Below are positions 34,621 through 40,433 of a stretch of DNA of 40,433 nt, in pieces. Source of the stretch: a virus; UHGV virus genome UHGV-0010553. One strand, written 5' to 3'. Position numbers and translations under genes: made by a program. Position 1 is the stretch's first letter, and every line of letters starts with the position of its first letter. The notes beneath the pieces are model-generated. The model did not search any database and was not told the origin of the DNA. It saw only the letters and a program-made list of their open reading frames with translations.

Positions 34621-35288
34621 TATTGATCTTCTACAATAGTTTTAACAATTTCAGAACAACCCCAATAAACATCGGCTACATTTTCTCCATTAAGAAGAAG
34701 TTTACGGTTTCCTGAGAATTTAGTTAAGTTTTTGTATTCCTCGCTGTCTTGAGCAAACTTTTCTTTCCACTGATACCACAAAGCACTGACAGATTTAGGA
34801 TTTTGAGCGTTTGCAATAGCTTTTACAAAATCAGCGAACGTTTCAAGTTTAGGTGCATTCTTTTTGCCTTTAGCACTTCCGGCTACTCCATCATCGTCTT
34901 CTGTTTTGATATGCAACAGCGCATAAATAGAATAACGGCGCATATATGTTTCAGCACTGCCAACCGCCTGAGGGTCTATATCATCAACATATAGAGGCAT
35001 ATCGCATTCAATAATCTGTCCTGATTTATGAATCAGTTGACTGTGCAAAACAAAAGCCGGTGTCTCAATCTCAAGCGGCTCTTTGCCGTGTATTGAGCGT
35101 TTAAATACTCCATCTGTCTTCTTTACGTTCTGAATCAGAATAAAGTTGTTTTCGTGGATTTTAGGCAATACCTCTTCCAAGAGGGGGGTAAGTTCAACAT
35201 ACTTATACCCGTAACCCTCTTTGGCTTTTGTCATATTGTCAATGCTTGTGATTAACTTTTGATAATCGTTAAAAAATGTTTCTTCCAT
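34620..35288 (-). CDS. ERF-family single-strand annealing protein
   Basis: AVGSAETYMRRYSIYALLHIKTEDDDGVAGSA matches the ERF signature (GSA.TYARRY.L..L.GI..EDDDG). AGGAGG RBS at MEETFF; the ORF track's upstream extension is unsupported. Confidence 0.7.
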   Translation of the reverse strand: MEETFFNDYQKLITSIDNMTKAKEGYGYKYVELTPLLEEVLPKIHENNFILIQNVKKTDGVFKRSIHGKEPLEIETPAFVLHSQLIHKSGQIIECDMPLYVDDIDPQAVGSAETYMRRYSIYALLHIKTEDDDGVAGSAKGKKNAPKLETFADFVKAIANAQNPKSVSALWYQWKEKFAQDSEEYKNLTKFSGNRKLLLNGENVADVYWGCSEIVKTIVEDQ

Positions 35289-35311
35289 AGTAGTTCCTCC
35301 TAACATCAATA

Positions 35312-35340
35312 AATATACCTTATATTATATATGTTGTCAA
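35312..35340 (-). promoter_or_regulatory. Early promoter TTGACA-N17-TATATT reading into the erf operon
   Basis: Minus strand reads TTGACAacatatataatataaggTATATT. Confidence 0.5.
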
Positions 35341-35699
35341 TAATTATTTTTGTATATTTTCTTTTTCTTTTCAGACTCTATAAAGGCTATTTTAGGGTAT
35401 AACATAAGCATTAAGCGTTTCTTGATTTTATAAACATCTGTTTGGAATCCTTTTGTGTCTTGCGCAACATAGCAATCAAGCCGCTTGTCAAAGTAAAAGA
35501 AGTCTGCAAAATACGACACTCTTCGCAGGGTTTCAACATTGGTTTTTATTGTTGGTATCAGCTGAAACTCTTTTTGTCTTTCAAGTTCAGTTATCTCTCC
35601 TGCTTTTTGAAGAAGTTTAAGCTGACACCATTCCTGATATTCTTTTTTAGAATCGAATAATCCGTCAGGAGTGTTGATTTTCTTGTTTCCGTATTTCAT
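35337..35699 (-). CDS. Phage protein of DUF1064-like type (possible nuclease)
   Basis: YGNKKINTPDGLFDSKKEYQEW...YFADFFYF...DTKGFQTDVYKIK pattern. Confidence 0.3.
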   Translation of the reverse strand: MKYGNKKINTPDGLFDSKKEYQEWCQLKLLQKAGEITELERQKEFQLIPTIKTNVETLRRVSYFADFFYFDKRLDCYVAQDTKGFQTDVYKIKKRLMLMLYPKIAFIESEKKKKIYKNNY

Positions 35700-35829
35700 A
35701 TAAATACCCCCAATTTAACATAACCCAATCGTAATGCTTTGGACTTACTTTTAACAATACACCTAGCACTTCTTTTAGCTCGGATTTAAGAGCTTCATTT
35801 TCTCCGTATACTTCCTCAAGTTCTGTCAT
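35665..35829 (-). CDS. Small hypothetical protein (54 aa, MTELEEVYGENEALKSELKEV...)
   Basis: GAGGTG RBS; not in the ORF track. Confidence 0.3.
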   Translation of the reverse strand: MTELEEVYGENEALKSELKEVLGVLLKVSPKHYDWVMLNWGYLYEIRKQENQHS

Positions 35830-35830
35830 A

Positions 35831-36649
35831 TTACACCTCAAATAAATCTTGTTGCCCGAAATTCTGCTTTTTGCCTAGAATAAAATCACAAATCCAGTTT
35901 CTAGCATAATCAGGAGAAATCATAGAACGTCCCTTTGAACATAAACCCGCTTTTTTTCCTCTCTCTGCGTCCCATACTCTTTTTGCTTTTTTGTCATTTT
36001 GGTAGCTCTCCCCATAGGTCGGTTCGCAACCAAAGAACCAATATCCTGTTGGCTTTTTAAAACAATCTCCTCGCAATAACCTATTCCTATCATATACGGA
36101 CGGTGCAGACAAAAAATTATTCTTCAGGTAATGCATAGAATCGTCATACGGATTCTCTATCACGATACGCAATTTGTTCTTCATACAAACCCCGACAAGC
36201 ATATACAGCAGCTCAAAAAAGCGTTGCCTTAGTCTTGACTGCTCTAAAATCTTGTTAAACTTCTGTGCGACTGTTAATCCTTTGTAGTTATGATTTTCTA
36301 AAGTATAATAACAAGGATTCACGCTGCCTGTGAAATAGATACACGGAAAGAAAGCAATAATTAAATCACTAGGCTTTATGTTATCAAATATACTTGGTTT
36401 TGAATTGTAACCCTTTTCAATTTCAGAAAATAAGTCAATAACATTGTCAGTTTGTCCAAAATCGTTTTGAGTATCATAATCTTCTGCCTGATAGCCAAGT
36501 TTTATAAACTCATTCTTAAAAGTTCCTGATTGTTCAAAATAATCATACGGACTATATGAATCAGGAAAAATTTCACCTGTTATTAAAAGAACATAATAAG
36601 CACCAGCAGGTAATTGCCCTTTTTTCCATTGTGTGGTTAAATCTGTCAT
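35831..36649 (-). CDS. Hypothetical 272-aa protein with FPC / ENP motifs faintly reminiscent of C5-cytosine methyltransferase motifs IV and VI. Unassigned.
   Basis: DLIIAFFPCIYFTGS and RIVIENPYDD; no motif I seen. Confidence 0.3.
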   Translation of the reverse strand: MTDLTTQWKKGQLPAGAYYVLLITGEIFPDSYSPYDYFEQSGTFKNEFIKLGYQAEDYDTQNDFGQTDNVIDLFSEIEKGYNSKPSIFDNIKPSDLIIAFFPCIYFTGSVNPCYYTLENHNYKGLTVAQKFNKILEQSRLRQRFFELLYMLVGVCMKNKLRIVIENPYDDSMHYLKNNFLSAPSVYDRNRLLRGDCFKKPTGYWFFGCEPTYGESYQNDKKAKRVWDAERGKKAGLCSKGRSMISPDYARNWICDFILGKKQNFGQQDLFEV

Positions 36650-36984
36650 TTTATGCGCGCTCCTAATTCAATATCAAAAACAGGTTCGTCAATATGTAAA
36701 TCGGTATTCTTGCCGTCTACAACTACAATTTCTTTGACTTCAAAGGTCATGCGTTCGGGGTTTTTCCTATAAGCCTTTTGAAATTCAACAAAGTCAAAGC
36801 CTATGAATGTATTTCCCAAACGTGTAATTTCTTTTATTGGCGAATAATCGTAAAATTGTGCGGGCAAGACGTGTAAACGAGATAGCCAAAATTTATTTGT
36901 TTTCCGGTATTCGTGCGACTTTCGGCCGGATTTGATTTCTTCAAACCAATGGTCGGTTAAGACTAATTTTAATGTGTTTGTCAT
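36646..36984 (-). CDS. ASCH-domain protein
   Basis: LKLVLTDHWFEEIKSGRKSHEYR N-terminus typical of ASCH/PUA-like beta-barrels. Confidence 0.45.
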   Translation of the reverse strand: MTNTLKLVLTDHWFEEIKSGRKSHEYRKTNKFWLSRLHVLPAQFYDYSPIKEITRLGNTFIGFDFVEFQKAYRKNPERMTFEVKEIVVVDGKNTDLHIDEPVFDIELGARIK

Positions 36985-37211
36985 TTCAATACCTCGTCTA
37001 TTCTATTTGATAACTCGTCCATTCTCTCTGCCATTACTGTAAAGTCTTTTGGGTTTTCTTCGTTAAAGAACTCTTTACAGCTTTCAAGCACCTCTTTAAG
37101 GCGTATATTTTCCGTTTCAAGCTCAAGTTCCTTGTCTGTTTTATAGCCTGCTTTGCCGCAGTCTATGTTATTAAGTCCACAAACGGGGCAGATAAAGTTA
37201 CTCATCACCAC
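36981..37211 (-). CDS. Small zinc-ribbon protein (CPVCG...C)
   Basis: FICPVCGLNNIDCGKAG. Confidence 0.4.
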   Translation of the reverse strand: MVMSNFICPVCGLNNIDCGKAGYKTDKELELETENIRLKEVLESCKEFFNEENPKDFTVMAERMDELSNRIDEVLK

Positions 37212-37413
37212 ACCTCATTAAGCTCTTAGTCCAGTCTTTGGCTGGTTCAATATCTTTGACGGGATAACAGCTTAGCTTTGACACCTTAAAATCTGCAAAC
37301 CATATAGTTTCATCAGATTGAGGCATACACTCAAACCACCACCAAGCTCCGTTCTTATCCATAGCTACCCATCCGTTTTTCAAAAGAGGCAAAAGCTGTT
37401 CAATCTTAATCAT
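37198..37413 (-). CDS. Hypothetical Trp-rich protein (71 aa)
   Basis: ORF in the operon. Confidence 0.35.
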   Translation of the reverse strand: MIKIEQLLPLLKNGWVAMDKNGAWWWFECMPQSDETIWFADFKVSKLSCYPVKDIEPAKDWTKSLMRCGDE

Positions 37414-37759
37414 TTAATAATTCCTTGTTCTCGTGAATATTTCCAATTATTTCGCAAGAAACGACATCCAAATCATATCTTTTTATTTCGTGTCCATAAA
37501 TTGAGCAATCATTGCCCATAAGTCCCCACTCCATTGTCGGAATACTGTAAAAAACAATCCAGTAATCATTTGAATATTCGACAATATCTCCCTCATAAAT
37601 TAACTTGCCGTTCTTATCCTTAAGTCCGGTGCATTGCTCCAGAACGCAAACAGTATCATCATAAGTGCAGACTTCATTATTCGTGAAAGATAAACCGTTG
37701 CGATATTTTTTATGTTTTTCATCCCACGTTCTAAATCTAAACCTATCATTCATTTCCAA
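37406..37759 (-). CDS. YopX-family protein
   Basis: GLKDKNGKLIYEGDIVEY core motif. Confidence 0.55.
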   Translation of the reverse strand: MEMNDRFRFRTWDEKHKKYRNGLSFTNNEVCTYDDTVCVLEQCTGLKDKNGKLIYEGDIVEYSNDYWIVFYSIPTMEWGLMGNDCSIYGHEIKRYDLDVVSCEIIGNIHENKELLND

Positions 37760-38166
37760 AGCTCCTTTTCATCAGTTATCAACTTGACTTCATTAACTCG
37801 CAGAGGGCGGCAGTGTTCCCACCATATGTCGGAGTAGGACTTAAAACTTTCGTTAGTGCCGTTATTATTAGCATATACATCCAACTCATCAATTGAATAG
37901 CGATATAGGGAATCAGGCTCTGCATCGCCATCCCAAAACTTGCAAAGATACCCCTCTTTAATAACCTTGTCCCAATCAATCTCTGTCTCGACTATTTCAA
38001 AATCGTTTCGCGCAAGTAAATCTATACCGACAGATACTGTTCTGCCGTTGTCGCAATATTCAAGGCAACCATTGACTAGTTTTGCCTCACGACTTGGACA
38101 GCTGTCAATTCTGATTCTTTTACCCGACATCAAAGCCTCAATTATTTCTTTATCCGTTAGTTTCAT
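37750..38166 (-). CDS. Hypothetical protein. The N-terminus resembles DUF2829 (LTDKEIIEALMSGKRIRI).
   Basis: Weak motif-level resemblance only. Confidence 0.3.
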   Translation of the reverse strand: MKLTDKEIIEALMSGKRIRIDSCPSREAKLVNGCLEYCDNGRTVSVGIDLLARNDFEIVETEIDWDKVIKEGYLCKFWDGDAEPDSLYRYSIDELDVYANNNGTNESFKSYSDIWWEHCRPLRVNEVKLITDEKELWK

Positions 38167-38627
38167 TGTTTTGCTCCCTTAAAATAAACAATCCAAATGG
38201 TTTTGTCCCGTTTGTTAAAAAGCAATGGCTCTTTCCCAAAAAGTTTTATCATATCCGATGCTTTCGTATCGGTTTCATTCCACTTAAACAACAAGGTGCC
38301 GTTTTCACGCAAAACACGCCAACACTCCGCAAATCCTTGTTTAAGTTCAAGTTTCCAATCTCCAGATAATTTTCCATATTTTTGAGCCAACCAACTTTTA
38401 TCTCCAACTCTAAAGAGATGTGGGGGGTCAAATACGACAAGGGAAAATGTATTATCCATAAACGGCATATCAGTAAAATCTAGAAGCATATCAGGATTAA
38501 TTTCTAACTTCCGCCCGTCGCACAAAGTTGTTGATAGTTTACGCTTGTCGCAAAACAAAACATTTTCATTATTGCGATTATAGTAAAACATACGAGAGCC
38601 GCAGCAAGCATCTAAAATAGGTTTCAT
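38163..38627 (-). CDS. Small SAM-dependent (DNA) methyltransferase, gamma-like motif order (motif I ILDACCGSRMF, then VVFDPPH)
   Basis: DPPH variant of the DPP[YFW] catalytic motif; 154 aa. Confidence 0.5.
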   Translation of the reverse strand: MKPILDACCGSRMFYYNRNNENVLFCDKRKLSTTLCDGRKLEINPDMLLDFTDMPFMDNTFSLVVFDPPHLFRVGDKSWLAQKYGKLSGDWKLELKQGFAECWRVLRENGTLLFKWNETDTKASDMIKLFGKEPLLFNKRDKTIWIVYFKGAKQ

Positions 38628-38638
38628 TTGTTTTCTCC

Positions 38639-39346
38639 TTAAAATAATGTTAGTTGTTTTTTGTAATCCTCAAGCCGTTTGCAGCTTGAGCTGTAATATT
38701 CTGGATCTTTCTCTATACAGACAAAGCGCCGGTTTAAGCTGTGACAAGCTCTCGCGGTAACGCCGCTGCCGGAAAAACAATCAAGAACAATATCGTTTGG
38801 GTGTGATTTCAAAGCTATCAAATCAGAGATCAATTCCACAGGTTTTTCGGTTGGGTGGATGCGGTCAGCTGGAGCTGGATATTTGAATGATTTTAGCTTT
38901 TTACGCATTGGCAGGTCATTATTAAAAAAAGCTCCTTTTTCTTTTACATCTACAATAAATTCTAAATTTGAAACATATTTGTTGTTGCAAAGTGGAATTG
39001 GGTTTGGTTTATCCCATACTAACAAATTTACTGAATATCCGAGGTCTTCAAAGAATGACATCGTGCGGCTTATCTGAGCGGTGCTGCAAAAAATGAATAA
39101 GTTAACTTTTGAGCAAATTCTAATCCATTCTTTTGCAACTGTCTCAAAGTCAAAATCGTTGCAAATAAAATCTATATGCTTGTCCTTTATTAATTTGCGT
39201 TTGCCAAAATCACTGTTAGACTTTCCGCCTCGCAGATCTAAAATGTAAGGTGGGTCGGTCAAGACAAGGTCAACACACTTGTCCGGCAACTGCTTTAAAA
39301 TATCCAAGCAATCGGCATGAATGATTTTGTTAATAAATTGTTCCAT
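38639..39346 (-). CDS. DNA methyltransferase, N6A/N4C, beta class. Paralogue of 1095..1769.
   Basis: VDLVLTDPPY...HPTEKP...LDCFSGSGVTARA. C-terminal KKQLTLF and the 3' flanking DNA are conserved with the first methyltransferase. Confidence 0.85.
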   Translation of the reverse strand: MEQFINKIIHADCLDILKQLPDKCVDLVLTDPPYILDLRGGKSNSDFGKRKLIKDKHIDFICNDFDFETVAKEWIRICSKVNLFIFCSTAQISRTMSFFEDLGYSVNLLVWDKPNPIPLCNNKYVSNLEFIVDVKEKGAFFNNDLPMRKKLKSFKYPAPADRIHPTEKPVELISDLIALKSHPNDIVLDCFSGSGVTARACHSLNRRFVCIEKDPEYYSSSCKRLEDYKKQLTLF

Positions 39347-39354
39347 TTTCTACC

Positions 39355-39618
39355 TCACTCATACAAAGCCTTTATTATTGTCTGCATCTGGCGCGGGGTG
39401 CGGTTCTGCGCAAGTGTGTTGCTACAACAGCCACAATCAACAAGCCCATCATCGCGGCAATTAAGTTCGCCAACTGTTAGATAACTAAAGCCGTAGTTTA
39501 AATCAAAAAACAACTGATTTAATTTGCAAAACTCTCTACTCCACTCGACCAAATCTTCCCAAGTCATTTCAGGCTCAAAGGCTAGGTTGTCATTATAATC
39601 TGGTGCGTTGTTAGTCAT
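39355..39618 (-). CDS. Hypothetical Cys-containing protein (87 aa)
   Basis: GGGAGCAG RBS. Confidence 0.4.
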   Translation of the reverse strand: MTNNAPDYNDNLAFEPEMTWEDLVEWSREFCKLNQLFFDLNYGFSYLTVGELNCRDDGLVDCGCCSNTLAQNRTPRQMQTIIKALYE

Positions 39619-39619
39619 A

Positions 39620-40039
39620 TTATCTGCTCCCTGCTTCCAAAATAGGCAAACCGGCTTCTGTCGGGATATAAATAACCTTGTTTCCTTTGGTTTCTGTTTC
39701 GCTCAAATTGTTGATATAAAGGTAGCGCAAATAACCCTCGTTATTCTTAAGACTATCGCCGATTATTTTGTTGGCTTTGGCAACGCCCTCGGCTCTTGTA
39801 ATTTCTGCCTCGGCTAGAGATTTGGCGCTTTCTTTTTTGGCCTCGGCTTCCGCGATGGCAATTTTGCGATTGCTTTCCGCTTGTGCCAGTTCGGCCTCGC
39901 CGTTAAGTCTGCTCATATAGACATTATATTGCGGGAAACCGTATACGGCGCCGCAGATTAATATGATGAATAATAAAATAATAAATGTTATAGGTGTGTC
40001 GTCATTCATTTGTTTTCTCCAAATCTTTATCCTGCGCAT
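39620..40039 (-). CDS. Mini SPFH/band-7-like membrane protein: an N-terminal TM helix plus only the C-terminal Ala/Glu-rich helical region of HflK/C-prohibitin
   Basis: ITFIILLFIILICGAVYG, then AELAQAESNRKIAIAEAEAKKESAKSLAEAEITRAEGVAKANKIIGDSL...YLRYLYI...KVIYIP. Confidence 0.5.
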   Translation of the reverse strand: MRRIKIWRKQMNDDTPITFIILLFIILICGAVYGFPQYNVYMSRLNGEAELAQAESNRKIAIAEAEAKKESAKSLAEAEITRAEGVAKANKIIGDSLKNNEGYLRYLYINNLSETETKGNKVIYIPTEAGLPILEAGSR

Positions 40040-40433
40040 CGCAAATCTGTTTTAATATTGGTTTCCAAGTTTTCCACCATTCAACAGCTTTTTTACCATC
40101 CATTTTCTCAATTTCCGAATCTTTGAATTTGAACCAAGCTACTTTTGAATGATATTGGCAACCAATTTTTATGTGTAAGGGCGTTAAGGTTATATTATAT
40201 TTTTGATTGGCGATGTTTACTACACTGCGTTTGGTGTCGATAGCGTCGCCATAGACCTCGGCGTTGCCATAGACCTCGGCGTTGCCATAGACCTTAGCGT
40301 TGCCATAGACCTCGGCGTCGCCATAGACCTTAGCGTTGCCATAGACCTTAGCGTCGTCATAGACCCAAGCGTCGCCACAGACCTTAGCGTTGCCATAGAC
40401 CTTAGCGTCGTCATAGACCCAAGCGTCGCCACA
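40002..40433 (-). CDS. Hexapeptide-repeat protein, C-terminal part: repeats to 40245, then a ~80-aa non-repeat tail ending ...CDAQDKDLEKTNE*
   Basis: Hand translation of the repeat frame: ...VYGNAEVYGDAIDTKRSVVNIANQKYNITLTPLHIKIGCQYHSKVAWFKFKDSEIEKMDGKKAVEWWKTWKPILKQICDAQDKDLEKTNE. The ORF-track entry 40220..40432 is the wrong frame. Confidence 0.5.
   Translation of the reverse strand, partial: CGDAWVYDDAKVYGNAKVCGDAWVYDDAKVYGNAKVYGDAEVYGNAKVYGNAEVYGNAEVYGDAIDTKRSVVNIANQKYNITLTPLHIKIGCQYHSKVAWFKFKDSEIEKMDGKKAVEWWKTWKPILKQICDAQDKDLEKTNE
40245..40433. repeat. Same 18-bp tandem repeat array as at 1..234, 10.5 units
   Basis: Direct reading. Confidence 0.9.

Noticed and set aside
35288-35309. 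N-terminal extension MMLGGTT of the ERF ORF
   Set aside because: The extension has no RBS. A perfect AGGAGG sits 7 nt before the internal ATG (MEETFF).
40220-40432. ORF-track protein MATLGSMTTLRS... (70 aa, minus strand)
   Set aside because: It is an alternative frame of the 18-bp tandem repeats with no unique flanking domain. The adjacent frame (VYGNAK repeats) connects in phase to a unique 80-aa C-terminus at 40245..40002 and, across the junction, to an RBS-equipped N-terminus at 378.

Overview
The window reads as a complete or near-complete ~40 kb tailed-phage genome of myovirus type, from a low-GC host that uses strong AGGAGG ribosome-binding sites. The first and last ~200 bp are the same 18-bp tandem repeat and join seamlessly, in frame, inside one hexapeptide-repeat gene; a circular or circularly permuted molecule is the likely explanation. 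Layout by coordinate: 1-4.5 kb is a minus-strand early/replication block, with a MazG-like protein, a beta-class DNA methyltransferase, a DnaB-like helicase and a lambda O-like initiator with iterons inside its gene. Next comes a small plus-strand block and a lysis cassette at 4.9-7.5 kb (phiLC3-type holin, GH24 lysozyme, small membrane proteins, embedded Rz/Rz1 spanins), then an RNase H. A second minus-strand early block sits at 8-10.4 kb. The late region at 10.6-26 kb has a G+C-rich TerS island, TerL, portal, an XkdF-like protease/scaffold, capsid and connectors, sheath, tube, a tail chaperone with a -1 frameshift site, the tape measure, hub and a gpV spike. The most unusual feature lies at 26.2-32.3 kb. 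Here six copies of a 15-bp core, AACCTTTAATTTGCC, lie three in each orientation, and each copy lies exactly on the TFNLPN motif of a phage tail-collar domain. Five promoterless tail-fibre tip cassettes each begin at one of these sites, and the sixth is the tip currently fused to the single constant tail-fibre N-terminus. A Gin/Hin-like serine invertase gene lies among them. The gpW-gpJ-gpI baseplate genes and the fibre constant region lie between two of the sites, on the strand opposite to gpV. I read this as a Min/shufflon-like multiple-inversion system for host-range switching in which structural genes themselves appear invertible. The last block, 33.5-40 kb minus strand, holds a winged-helix regulator, ERF plus NinB-like recombination genes, YopX, ASCH, three more methyltransferase-like genes and a mini-SPFH protein. 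No integrase or CI-like repressor is recognisable.
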